64,000 nt of DNA from Lepidodermella squamata (taxonomy: Eukaryota; Animalia; Gastrotricha). Of the stretch, positions 46,683 through 60,041 are shown in pieces; position 1 is the stretch's first letter, and each line of letters opens with the position of its first letter. The notes beneath the pieces were generated by a model. The model saw only the letters and a list, made by a program, of their open reading frames with translations, had not been told where the DNA came from and searched no databases. The stretch covers positions 372,001-436,000 of the forward strand of contig JBLDXI010000014.1 of NCBI GenBank assembly GCA_047495785.1, written 5' to 3'. Position numbers and translations under genes: made by a program.

Positions 46683-49410
46683 TCAAATGGCAAGAGCAGT
46701 CGCGATGCTCTTCGTTAACGTGTCAATCGAAGTAGTTTGAACTCCTTTACTGTTCAAGAATCGCACAGCTTTGCCCTCAATCAGCTCCCATTCATCCTTG
46801 CTAACCGCATATCGCGATCGCATGGCAGATACCGCCGTGAGCGTAGCAATGACTGAGTCATCATTCAGCGGTTGCACTACTGGGCTAACGGCGGCTTTCA
46901 GGCCGGCCGAATTCGAGGCTTTTGTCGAATTGAGGGCTTTGACAAAGTTGTCGTTGAGCGTGAAGGATCCATCAAACCTTTGATAAGGGCAAAAAGCGAC
47001 GAACTGCCTGAAATAACGGGAATAGCACGTGGACCTCATGATGCAGGGAATAAGCCAGCAATGGGGCCAGGTTGCGGTGCATCCATCGAGGCAAAAGCAT
47101 CGCCGGCGTCATCTCTCTCGTTTGCTCGAGCTGAAAATGTAAAAATAATCATTATTTATATACTGCGTATATTATGTTCTTCTTCCAACCTGCTGAACTT
47201 CCGGCCGAGTTTTTGTTTGGTAGATTTCTATTATTCATCACTGGCGGTGAAGTTCTTGCGACAACGTCTTCATCGGAATCCTCAACTTCGCCTAAATCAC
47301 CTGCATCAGCGTCATCATCAACACCGCTGTAATAGTTGTAATTTGACGACAAAGGCTCTTTATTATAGTTCGTCGGTCGTTCAACGTTGACGCGCAATGG
47401 ACGGCCCTGTGAATCATTCGCCGGGCTTCGCGTCTCCGGGTCGATGGCAACGAAAGCCGTGAAATCGCACAGAACTCCAGATGCGATGGACAAATTGATG
47501 GCCTCTACTTTGATTGACTCATAACTAACCAGACGGTAAGCATCGGCAAGTTTATCCAGTCGAACCTTTGCAGCCAAACGGTGGAGAGGCATGGCGTCAT
47601 TTTCCGAAGAGAACGTCACGTTAGAGATACTGAATGGGACCCTCGAGCTGAATGGTTTCGACCCATCGGCAAGGCCTTTCACCTCAGCGTAGCCAGCAAT
47701 ATCGCCCTGGGCCTGGATAAAAGCGAATTGCGAAATCGATCGGCCGAAAAATGCAGATAAAGGTAGTTCAGCTGGCTCTTTTTGCAAGACCTGCCCGTTC
47801 GTAACATTCCACGTGAGTGTGAAATCAACATTGCCTATTGTCGTGGCTTTCAGCAAACTGATGACCTTCGCCTGCAGGCGGTCGTTGTTCTTGACGAAAT
47901 CTGACATGCCGCCAGAGACGCGGGCGATGCCATTAACTAGCGCAGTAGACGCGCCCTCGCCGATGCCGATAGAGAAAACTCGAGTGTTTGCAGCGTTAGC
48001 TTGAGCCGTTCCGATTACTTGGTCGGTATTACCAACTTCCCCGTCAGTTAATAAGATGATAAACCGTCGAGCTCCTGGTACCCTCGACAACGGCTGGCGG
48101 TAGACGTACTTCATTGGCTCGAGAATTTCGGTGCCGCCGAGATCAGCATCAATACCCGATACGTGCTGAATAGCTGCATTCATCGTAGTTTCGTTGTACT
48201 TCACTCTATCAGGAGATAATTCTGAACTGTTTTTATTGTTCCTATATATGGGAACTTACATTGTCGGGAATAAGACTTGGTATTCGTCTCCGAATCCAAT
48301 GATGTTGAACGAGCAGCCGAATGGTAAGCTTCGAACGAATAGCATCAAAGCACTGCGGGCATTTTTGATCTTTTGGCCCGACATGGAGCCGGATCTGTCG
48401 ATGATCAAATAATACTCGTCATTTGCAGCTTGTTCAGCTCTAGAACCGCCAGCAAGAGGGATCGGCTCAAACCAAGCCGCGGCGACATGTTGGCCTAAAA
48501 CTGTTGATGAGTTGACGCCTTTTACACCAGGTTCGACATAAACAGTTGGCTTGATTGATTTTTCGGTGGTTATCACTAGGCTGAAATCGTGGTCCTGCTT
48601 AAACGATCCAAGCAAGCTAGCTGTTGCAGTTCGTCGGCTTCGGTCAATGCTTCCATCTAACGAATCCGTCGAATTCCCGGGCGCGACGCTCTTTATCAAC
48701 CCATCAGTGCCCAAATCGATCTGGGCTGAAAATGTGAGCGAGTAGGAAACTTGGGATACGGCGACAAAGCGAGTTTCCTCCTGGAAAAGCTCGTTCAGCT
48801 TTTCTGGTTTCGTCATGTCAGCAAGGGGAACGTAACGAGGGTTGAGGACGACAGGTAATGTCAACGTTAAGGTGGATGATTCCGGGTCGCGATCCATCGG
48901 CTGGACATAGCCAACGGTTACAACAGCTGTCTCGCCTGGCGACAGATTTCCCAGCAGAATTCTATAGACGTCGGTCACGCCTTGTTGATTTTCAAGCAGA
49001 ACGGCTTGCAGACCCGAAGATACAGCGCCTTGGTACGCTTTACGAGCATCTTCTCGCACCATGACTTGAGCCTTCAGCCGGCGGCCACTTCCGAAGACTA
49101 CCTCCAGTCGATAAACTGCAGCTTTGTCGGTGATTGGGAAAATGAATTGGCATTCAATAGTTCGATTTAGGGTGTTTGAATAGGTTAAATTAGCTGTTAC
49201 CCCAGCCGCCCACGCTTTAACGTCCGCATTAACCGAAATTGATTGAAGCGCAACTGGTTTTACAGGTTCAGGGATGTCAAGTTTCGGCTTTTGCGTTACA
49301 GTTGGAAGAGGTTGCTCTTCCTTGTACACTAAACCGGCCCACTGCTGGGCGGCAAGGCTGAAGTCGATTAAACTGAGCAGAAGAAGACTAACTGCTGTCG
49401 TAAGCTTCAT
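46683..49410 (-). CDS. VIT + vWA domain protein (VWA5A/ITIH-like) with signal peptide
   Basis: VIT-like N-terminal domain (ECQFIFP..A.VY..), MIDAS DRSGSM, LGGTEI, LLTDGEV, FSIGIG, C.FTAFVA. Confidence 0.9.
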
Positions 49411-49895
49411 TCCACTTTCGTTGGGGAAACTCAGAAAAAATACTGAAACGGCAAGTTGTTGACGTGATGTTCTCTCACGAGATGATGCTCAACGCCAAAA
49501 CATGAATAACGTAATGGCATTTGATGGTCACGACTTGAGCCAATAGATATTTATGACTACAACACGAGAAACTCAACAGCATGGAACTTTCGTTGCACTT
49601 CCATGATATGCTTTAAACTAGCTGAGTAATCCTGATATAGTTCAGTATTTCATTTCATTTTATTCTAATTTAATGTAATTTTCGCTTTTTTTCTCTTGGC
49701 ATCACAAAATTAACATCAAATTTTTGAAAACAATAAAAACAAATTGCTCATCTTTTGATTATCGGGCGCACCAAATTTGGTGAAACAAAATTTTTAAATT
49801 TCAATCAGCAAAAAATAACGTTTTTTCCAGACGAGAGCAGAGATTTATGAAAAATGAAGAGACATATAAGAAGCTCAAAATGGCACATAAAAGCA

Positions 49896-51420
49896 TCACG
49901 TTTGTCGCACTAGTTCCATAGAAAATGGATCTGGTGCGTTGTCGGTTCTCGCTATCTCGTACTCGTGGTCGTTGTCGTCATCCTTAGCGACAGGAGCTTG
50001 CGCGACTGGATTGATGGCTGCTGCTTGCCCGGCTTCAGCTGCTGCCGGTGTCACGGTTGAAGCACCAGCGGCGGCGCCAGCGCCCGATGACATTACAACC
50101 TTTGCGATTATTCCAGCAGTCAGGCCGAGTAGAACTGCACTGCCTACAGCTACGGCTACTATAAACCCGGGTGTCCCTGAATGAAAAATTAGTTTAAAAT
50201 AGTAACTGTTTCATTATGTTTCCGAACATACAGATCGAGGCGCTGCCAGATTTCGAAGAACTCTGAGATTCAGCGACGGCAATGATTCCACTGCTGTTAT
50301 TTGAAGAACCTGAAGAGGTTGTAGTGCTGCCGGAGACTGCAGTTGTAGCAGTGTTTGTCGTCGTAGATGCAGCTGAAGTTGTTGATGCTCCAGTTGTGGT
50401 AGAACCTGAAACCAAATGATTAACTTGGAAATTTCAATTTGCTATTCGAGCAAACCTGAGGTTGTAGTAGCAGTATTTGCCCTGCAAAAGCGAAAGTAAG
50501 TATCGTTTCGGCAATATTGAAAAATAGGAAAAAGCGGAGTGTTTTCTTTGTCGTCCTAGAACTTACGTTGTTGAGGTTGTCGACTGGGTCGTTCCAGTTC
50601 CAGTGGTTGCACTTGTAGTAGTAGCTGTAGAGCCGGTTGAAGCCGTTGCCGTTGATGCTGTTGACGCCGTTGCAGTTGATGATCTGTAAAATGTATACAG
50701 TAAGTCAAAAGCTGAGTTATTAAGCAATTCGGCTTACGTAGTCGCTGCCGTAGCTGTTGTCGCGGCTGTAGCCGATGTAGCTGACTGAAAATTCAAAATA
50801 CAAAATATGAAGCACATTTTCCTTATTTTTCGAGAAAAATAGAATATTCAGTTTCACGCAGGCACTCAGGGATCAAGGTTCAAGGTTTCAGCGGAGATCA
50901 AGAGCAAAATCATGGTAGAACAATTTTATAGCAAAATTGGGGATGGCCATCCGGAAAACTCTGGTATCTATTACCACTGTTGTCGTTGATGATGTCGTCG
51001 CTGCAGTAGCAGTGGTACTAACTGTTGCTGTAGTCTAAAATTTACGTAATACGAAAGCACGAGACATAACAATATTCTGCTTGGTATTTACATTGATGGA
51101 CAATACAATACTATACAGAACAAAAATAGATCGTTCGGGAAACTTACAGGATCAGCCGTCGTAGCAACTGTCGTCGCGGATCCATCAGATCCGGATCCAC
51201 CCGAGCCTCCCGAGCCACCGGATCCACCTGAACTGCCGTCAGGAACCGTCAACGTTGATCCACTGGTATCCGGGGTGCTGCTGCTAGGATTTTGAGCTAG
51301 AAGAGCCAGGGCAATGGACAGGGCCCCGAAGGTACCGCCTGAAATAAGACATTAATACTTTTTGAACACCAAAACCATGCAAAATTAACCCATGGCAAGT
51401 GGTGCCAAGTAGACACCCAT
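49896..51420 (-). CDS. Mucin-like Thr/Ser-rich membrane protein 1, many small exons
   Basis: Hydrophobic N-terminus, GGS repeats, Thr-rich exons, TM FIVAVAVGSAVLLGLTAGIIA, tail with EYEI. Confidence 0.65.
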
Positions 51421-52006
51421 TCTCTATGAAGTTATCTTTTATAAATTTTATGGCTTAAATTTAGCTCAAAGCGATTAATTACATCTATTCAGAATAAAAA
51501 TACAACAATTCAAAATTATGTCATTAATTGGGGGCAGGTTGCCGATAGTTTAAGCGGGAAAAGCCCGCAGTTACAATGTAGGCATAAAGAATTTTGTCAA
51601 GCCAGGCTACATCTCCGAAACTGAAGCGTTTAGTTTTTTGCGCATCGATTTGCGAGAACAATAACAATCGATGTGCGAAATACATCAAGTGCACGCCGTT
51701 TTTTGTATTTAACGTGCCACCGCCGCTGCGATTAACGATTTTCTACCAAAAGGTCGATCTGTTGTCATGTATGGTGTTGGGCTCGTCGCTCAAACTAACA
51801 CCATAACAATGCGAAACAGAGCATCAACGATTCCAATGGGACCAAATACGGTGAGTGCTCATCCAACTGTTCAAGCTATTTCGTATGTAGTTTGCGTAGT
51901 GAATTTAGCGCAAACAATTATTAGAACGTCAACACGCGTGGGCGCAATTTCAATCACCAGATTTTATTCAGAATATGAAATTTATGAAGAAAGAACGCAG
52001 AAGAAA

Positions 52007-53429
52007 TCACACATAGCCACCGGCTGGTACACGATGATAGAACGGCTGAATGTTACTTGCATAGCCACCACTCATCCCGTTGCCATACAGATCCATTTGA
52101 ATGTTCGAATTCGGATTGCCGTAGTTGTAACTATTATTGTAGTTGTTGTAGCTGTTATTGTTGAAGGCCGACCTTGGGTCGACTTGTTGCTGGTGACTGT
52201 TATTACTCAAATTACTCGTCTGAGACGAAGCAGAGGAAGGCGTTGAATGACCCTTGGCTCCGATATCCGTTGGCGAGACTGATGCTTGCCTAATGAAAGT
52301 AAAAATTAAGATAAAATTATTTCAGATTTTGAGTATACTTACGCTGGATTTCCTGCCTTATAGACACCGTACCCAACTAATGCAATAATTGCGCTAAAAG
52401 CCACAGCAGCAGCAACAGAAACGCCAATTATGAGATCGGTGTTCCAAACTATGCCAGTGAATAGCACTGATCGTACAGTTGTTTGGTTTGCCGACGTCGT
52501 AGTAGCCTCAGTTGTCGTGCTATTTCCAGTATCGACTTTACCAGCAGTGGTTGTAACGGCAACTTTCGAAGTAGTAACAACTGCTTGAGAAGCAGTAGCC
52601 GTTTTCGCTGCTTGAGACTCGGTTGTTGACGTCGATGTTGTGGCTGGCGTAGTCGTAGAGGTTGTAGTACTAGTAGAAGTAGAGGTTGAAGGCGTTGTAG
52701 TTGTAGTTGTAGTTGGCGTGGTTGTTGTTGTCGCCTTCGTTGTCGTTGTCGTCTGGTTTAAAATTACAATCATCATAAAATAGGTAAATAAATTATTTTA
52801 ACCCTCCGAATTCTGACAGGACCCATGCATTAAAAAATCATTCAACCTCTATAAATTAAGCTGAAATTTACCTCATCAACTTCACCCAGCCCACGCTGCA
52901 CCACACCGTCAGCACTTTTCTTAGTAGTCGCTTTCGTTGTCGTACTAGTGCTGGTACTGGTGGTTGTCGAAGTAGTCGTGGAACTAGTCGAAGTAGTCGC
53001 CGTAGTCGTGGTTGTTGTCGATGTAGTTGGGATAGTCGTTGTTGTCGATGAACTGGTCGGTGTTGTTGAAGTCAACAGGATGGTCGTTAACGTCGACGAA
53101 GCGCCTGTTTCACCGCCAATTTTCGCTACAGCTGTCGTACTGTTAGGGGATTTTTATAGCTTTATATTAGCCACACCATGCCTTATTGCTAGCTTACCCC
53201 GCTATAGCCGTTGTTGATATTAGCCCGGAAACCGCAGTAGTCGAATCTTCATCAGAAGTGGTTGTGTCTGTATTGTTTGTAAAATAACCGGATTGCAACG
53301 CTGTAACAAGAAAAAACTAAGTCCTGATTCTGATTTTGGAAAATCCTCGTTCAAACCTCCTATAGCTGCCGCTAGAGTAACGAAGAGACTTCCGGCGACA
53401 ACGCCACCGTATAAGATAGGATTCGGCAT
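52007..53429 (-). CDS. Mucin-like Thr-rich membrane protein 2
   Basis: MPNPILYGGVVAGSLFVTLAAAIG; poly-Thr exons; TM; Asn/Tyr-rich tail spliced in frame to the stop at 52007. Confidence 0.7.
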
Positions 53430-54003
53430 TGAAATCTGTTGGATATTTTTTGCAAGGCGCGTTCAACCTTTTGCCAGCTATCCGCAACTGGCTGTATGAT
53501 AATCGATGTTTTTGCCAGGTAATGGATCGACGCGGTGCAGTTACGTGATGAGCGCCGACAGTTTTAGCAGTTTTTTGTCGATCCTGCAGCCATTTATTCA
53601 CGAAATCGATTGGACGCAAAAAACGCGCTTGCACGTCACGGCTTTGTTCACACGCCGCCGCAAAAAACGAACAAAGCACGATGTGAATCCGTATTAAATA
53701 TTCATCGTTAGCTTGGTGAAAATATTGATGAGATAACTCCGCCAGGATGTCTCACACTTTGCAGGTCATGCAATTCGTGGGTATATCGATTCAATTTTTT
53801 ACAAGAAATTTCCGAGATTTTTTCTCCGAAATACAAAGTTAAGTAATCTCGACAGGGCTTTCAGGAGGATGCAACACATTTCCAAGTTAAATACCTTGAC
53901 TCATTTTGTATTTTGTTTGCCAAAAAATACCAAGTATCTGTCAGAATTTTATTCCAATTTTCATCGTGTAATAAGTAATCAGAGGATAGTTTTGAAAATA
54001 AAA

Positions 54004-54810
54004 TCAAACTGCGTTAGGTAAATTTGATTCAGCCTTGGTAGAGATTGAACTGTTTCGGTTGCTGCAATATAAACGTGGGAATATTCGTCACCGCATTCTG
54101 TTTATGAAAAAGTTACTTCAAGGCTTCTCTTTGCCTTCTCCTCTTAGCGATTACGTGGCCTATAACTTTGCCAACTATGAAGCCAATGCCGGCTATGAGA
54201 ACGCATAGAGATCCGACAAAAATCGCAAATCCAGGAACAGTGACAGTCCCTTGAAAAAATGCAAAATTATATTCAAATATTTTAAAATTAATTAAATTTA
54301 ACAGGATCCAATAGTTATAGGCGCTGCCAGTGGTGCAACACGAGCCGCTGTTTCAGCATTCAGCGCCGTTGTTGTAGCGTTCCCATTTGAAAAAGTTGTG
54401 TTAGCGGTGCTTGATGTTATGAAACGTGTTGTTGACGTGGATAAGGAAGTCAAAGTACTTCCAGCAGTCGCTGCGGTTGACGTAGTCGTTGAAAGTGTGG
54501 TAGCAGAACTTGCACTCAAGGTCGATTTATCTGTAGACGTAGTGATGGTTGTGGTTGACTGCGTTGCTATCGAGCTGGTTGTTGGAAAGGTTGTTGAATC
54601 CGATAAATCAGTGCCTTTTGTCCTGTATCATTGATATGAAAATCGGCAAACAATCGTGTCTATAACGTGACTTACGGGGTTATCGTTACACTTGAGCTTT
54701 GACCCGATGCGAGGACTTATGATTTCAAAAACAAATTGCCGTGAAGTAATTTAAATCGCCTCACAAGAGAAAAAACATACTCCCAAGAGCAATCTAGGCA
54801 TAAGTGACAT
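54004..54810 (-). CDS. Mucin-like Thr/Ser-rich type I membrane protein 3
   Basis: Signal MSLMPRLLLGVCFFSFLASG across an intron; Thr-rich region; TM FAIFVGSLCVLIAGIGFIVG followed by KRRRQ. Confidence 0.65.
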
Positions 54811-55339
54811 TTCTTCTATGTAGTGGGGTATTTTGAAAAAGCTTACTGCAACCGATGAGAAAACCGCCCCGGTCGTTATCTGTGAATTTTGAAAGTATAC
54901 GTCTGGACTTTGAAATCTCCAAATTTACCGCGCCTAAATTGACCAGCCTTCCTGACATGACGCATTGACGGTGGAAATTTAAATTTCTGATGTGAGTGTT
55001 GCTCTGCTGAGCCCACTCGGCAATCACATCGATTTTTCATCGCGCATTTTAATGTGTTGGATTTACGCAAAAAAAACTCATCGCCCGATGGACAACCACA
55101 ATTTTATTGTTACTGTCATTACCTGCAACAACAGGCATAAAGCAGAACACCGAGAGATAGAGAGAGATAGACAAGAGACGAGACGACTTCAACAGGATGA
55201 TTTACTCATGAGAAGAGGACACGATCGGCGATCAGGTCTTATACTCTTAGTTGCTTCCTTCCTTTCGGCCTTACAACACACGCAAAATCAGGCGACATGA
55301 GTGCGGGCTATAACACGCTGCAACTGGTGCTGTTACAAC

Positions 55340-57337
55340 TCAGTTGGCAGATAGCGACATCAACTGCGACAACTCGGCGCGCAGTGACGCCTCGGCTTCG
55401 ATCTTCTTCATCTGGTTCAGTTCCAGCTGCTGGCCATTCATTTGGCTGCATTTCTCCTTCAGTTTGTCGATTTCATCCAACTTCTGTAAAAGCAAATCGT
55501 AAAATACCTCTGCGTTTGAATATTTGAATTTCAACTCACTTTGCGAACTCCCTTAATGCGCCTTTGCAAGGCTTCAGCGTCAGACTGGGGCGGCTTATTT
55601 TGCTGCATTTGCTGACCACCGCCGCCTCCACCGCCACCAGCGGCACCCTGTTTGTTACGCAGATGTGGCGGGACGTAAACATCAGGTGCCTTTTGCGTCG
55701 AAAGCGGACGCCCGCTGCCGTTCAAGCAAACGCCACTCGGCGACTCTAGAGCCGCTATCAACGGATTTTCCTTCTGCTTCTGCGTCAAAGCTGGAGTCGA
55801 GACAGCTTTCGCATTGGAAATGTTTCTGAATGATTTCAGCAACGAAACCTCGTACAGCTGGCCGTCCGGGGTTTTTGGCAACCATTCGAACGCGATGCGA
55901 AGACTGATACCGGCAGTTGCGCTATCGGCTGCACGAACCAACGAGGCGACCGCGAATAAATTGTTGACGCGGAGACGAGGTGCCAGAGTTCCAACGACCA
56001 AATGCGTGCCATCAGGTGACCATTCAAACGTGTTCGCATCAGGCAAGTGTTTCGAGAAAAGCAGGCGTGGCTGAGTAGCATCAGCCACGCTCCAAATTTG
56101 AAGATCGCCACGAAGCCCGCCGAAACCGCCCATCGCGAGAAAACGGCCGTCAGGCTTGCTAAACTGAGCCCAGTTTCGCGTGCCAGGTTCAATATCAGCG
56201 ATGCGCTGCAAGCAGCTGGCGGCATCGGCGCCGGGTTTTAGCGGAAGAACTCGGAACAGCGCCGTTCTAGCCGGGAACGGGCCAAAGACAACGCAGAAGA
56301 CAGAAGCGTCCGGGTGCCAAACCGCCGAGTGAACTTGTTGCGACTCATTGCCGCCGCCAGAACCTTGTTTCGAAGAACGAGCTGCGCCGAATAGCGGGAC
56401 AAGACAGCACATGCCCGGATCTTCGCCACGATTCTGCGCATTCCCAGAAGGACTTATTGCAAAATAAAGTGTACGGTCACCGTAATAAGACCGGTCACTT
56501 TGCTCGCTGGTGACAACCAACAGCGCGCAAGTTCCAGTTGCGTTCCAGTGGAAGTTAACGCTGTCACAGCGGAATAAACTTAAACGAGCACCGGCAGCAT
56601 TCATGGAATGCGGATAAGAAAACAACCGAATAATTGAAGGCTGAGCTTGTTTCCCAGCAGAGAAAACGCCGAGTGGGGCTAATGGACCAGGTCCCATGTT
56701 GAAATCATTGATCTTCCCCAGCTCTAATTTCCGAACTGCTTTCGTGAAGTCATTGTTCTCATAGAACAAAATGTCGCCGTTAGAGGCCAATCTCACAGCT
56801 ACCCGTTCGTCGCTGCTCCATTGAAGAGACCACTGCGAAATCCGTTTGTGCATAAAAGTGCCAGCCAAATCACCACAGCGAGCGTCATCGGCAAGATAAA
56901 ACAATCGCATGTTGTCCACATTTTCAGTTTCAGGTCGGCAACTTTCCCACAATAGAATTATAGAATCTTTTGGCGAAATATCAATCAATATAGTATCTGG
57001 CCTGCTGATTGCAAGTCGCGTCGAACCGCTAGCAACGTCATAGACATTTACACTGTAAAAGTAACAAATAATTTATTACGAGAAAATAATTCAAACTTCA
57101 CGAAGCTTACACTTTGTCATTGCACCAAGCTATATATCGATTTGAAGCGCTGATTTTCAAGCTTTTGCACGTTTTCGAACCATCTCTGTCATAGGAAATG
57201 ATTTTTTGCATATATTAAGCAGTTACACAAACAAAGAAAGCTTACATGACTTCGAAATTCGGGCTGTCTGGTTGGCGCAAACAAAGCCCTTCTGAGGAAC
57301 GCCAAACAATGACACTATTGAGAGCAGCCGTATTCAT
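55340..57337 (-). CDS. eIF2A: Eukaryotic translation initiation factor 2A
   Basis: SYYG, GFGGLRG, WSPDG..APRLRVNN, YVPPHLRN, C-terminal coiled coil ..LELNQMKKI. Confidence 0.92.
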
Positions 57338-58858
57338 TGTTGATAAAACTTTAAAACATCAGTGGTAATGCTGGTAAAAATTTTGGCGCCAACTCCTAAC
57401 AATTTAAGATGGAAATATAGAAGAAATATTGGAATACATAACAATGTTGAAAACATTACAATACCCGAAACGCACCCTATCGTGATACTTATTCGAAGGC
57501 CCTAATTGATAATTCAACTTATGAAATATCTAATATCAATAAGTAATAAATATTTCTTCGTCAATCGTCAAGGAATGTGCACATCAGTAGCATCGACTAA
57601 AGAAAAAGCCAAATCATGCTCCAACTGAGGGGAAATTGGAGGAAGGCTCCGGCAAAAAACCGAAACAGGATGTATCGGTTGAAGTTAGCCGTACAACACA
57701 ATATTGAGTATTGCTGGTTGGAGTTTAACACTTTGCATCGCTCGCAGAACCAACAGGAGAATACGACCACGAGTTGAAATCAAGCGGAAGGCGTAACTAA
57801 TAAGCGAACTTCTTGAACAGAAACTGTGATTCAAAGTTTAAACATTGCACGATTTTAGGGAAATTTTGGGTGAGACTAGGCTTTGATCGATGCTATCTAT
57901 TGGCTTAACAGGTAGTTACCAACTATGAACTTTTGCAGGCGAGATATCGCCTGGCCGTCTTTGCCCACTCAACTGACAGTTTCATTTTTTCAGAAGTTCA
58001 CACCTGATGAAACAAAAAGATTGTTCATAAAAGAATAATATTTAGTAGTTATTAAAACTTCATACAATTAATATTTTATTTCTCGAAATTGGTTGATTAA
58101 ATAAAATAAAATTATTCGAAATTTGTGTAAATTGCGTTGCCATAGTCACGCTACTGAAGTTAGCGAAAATCGACGAAATCGAGAGACCATCCTCTGAACT
58201 CTGAACGCACCTTCGTTTAATGCGCTGCTCTGCGCATATTCAAGTCAGAACAAACGTCAACGGATGCTACCAGTCTTGAGCGTTCGTATCTACGGGAAAC
58301 GGGAAAATGCCGGCAGTATTCTTATCTTTAGCGTACTGTTGAGTCGCAAGCCTCGCCTCTCCCCGCCCTACTCTACATTGCTAGCCAATTCACTTATACA
58401 TTTAATTTTTTATAGTAGATTTGTTCGTAGAGTTGAGAGTTTGCTATTAGATACGATCTGAATATCGCCGACTTCTATAGATTACTTAATTGAATATTGA
58501 TGAGTTAGCGAGTATAGCAAGTTTAGCGAGCTCTTGAAGTTGGATTCGTAGAAAAGGAAAAGCTTAAAATTGCTGGCATGGCTCTGATAGACTCATCGCA
58601 CTCCTCCCTCATCCATCATTCTCTTGCTCTTCATTCTCGTCTCACCATGATGCAGGAGACCTCATCAGATCATCTTGAATAAAATTGTGCATCGAGTCAT
58701 GTATATGCTCTGTTCAGCAGCCACGCCAATTAGTAAAAATGGATGAAAAAGCTTAAAGAACGTCAAACCAGCTGTATTATGTATATAGCAGCTAGAATAG
58801 GAATACTGAATTATATTGAACTTGCTATAAACTTTCCATAATATTTTTTTTTAGAAAA

Positions 58859-59798
58859 ATGGCGTCAATTAAATCAGCCACATCCATAGCCAGTCAAAAA
58901 CCAGGCTCGGCTACTAAAAAGAAAGCGTCACACGCGAAAGGGCGGCCAGGGTTTGTACAACCCGATACTCCTATCATTGTGGACCCGGATTTCTTGCTCA
59001 ACAGCATATTCAAAAACGACGTTGATTCGTTGACTGATGCCATATCGTTCGAAGAACATCCCAATTTCCCTAATGTTATTGAGAAATTACCCATTCGTGA
59101 TGCATACGGTAAAACTGCGATAGAAACAGCCGCAATGATTGGTAGAATCGACTGCGCGCTAGCCGTGATAAATTCGGAGAGAGAAGACGTTAATCGGAGG
59201 ACAAGTTGTGGTTATACCCCGCTTCACATTGCTGCTGCGTGGGGGCGTACTGATTTGGTTCGTCGGTTGGTTGAAATGGGGGCTGATATGCAACAGCGCA
59301 ACCAGAGCGGTAAAATTTATCTCCGAGTTCAGACATTTGAAATTATGCCATGATTTACTACCAGGAGAGCGACCTCGTGAAGTTGCTGCTAGATATGGGC
59401 AGCAACCCAGCGTGCTCTACCTTGACTGGGCTGAAGCTCGCAAGGCACTTCTTGATGCTATTGCCGAAATGCAACTTACCTTGCAGGATAAAGAAAAAAT
59501 GGATCAAGTGAAGCTAGGGAAGGAAGATAAGCTCTACGCAACTGCGGCTTGTCGTGAAAAGCAGGATTGGTTCAATAACACCCCTGATGCCACAACGGGC
59601 GATTATCGGATCCAACGGCGAGACCTTGAGGAAACTCTCAAGCCTATCTGGGGTAATATTAAAGCGGGAGAAATTAAACATGCTCAGTGGTTAGCTAGAA
59701 GGGCTCAGATCTATTCTGAATTGGGTCTCAGGGCTCTTCATAACTCTGATCATAATAACAATAATAATAACATCAGCAACAGCAATAGCAACAATTGA
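58859..59798 (+). CDS. ANKRD45-like ankyrin protein (intron about 59310-59365; 3' end uncertain)
   Basis: GYTPLHIAAAWG ankyrin repeats followed by a helical domain with KLGKEDK..C..K..W; Asn-rich tail. Confidence 0.7.
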
Positions 59799-60041
59799 TA
59801 TAATTGCAACGATATTATTTTGCCATTTTATACGAACCATTTCATTTCAACATGCATAATCAGTTTTGTTTCATTTCAGGGAAAATCAGCACCGCACTTA
59901 CTCCTGCGACACCTTGAGGACACCAACCACTCGCGAACTCTTCCAATTTCGTTTATTTATTTCATCTTTATTTGTGTTCATGAAAACTTTTATTTTGCTC
60001 TACGGCTATTTTTCGAAATCAACATTTTTAACAATAAAAGC

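Noticed and set aside
57570-57800. Lys/Glu-rich short frame divergent from eIF2A
   Set aside because: In-frame stop upstream and no supportable start or splice path
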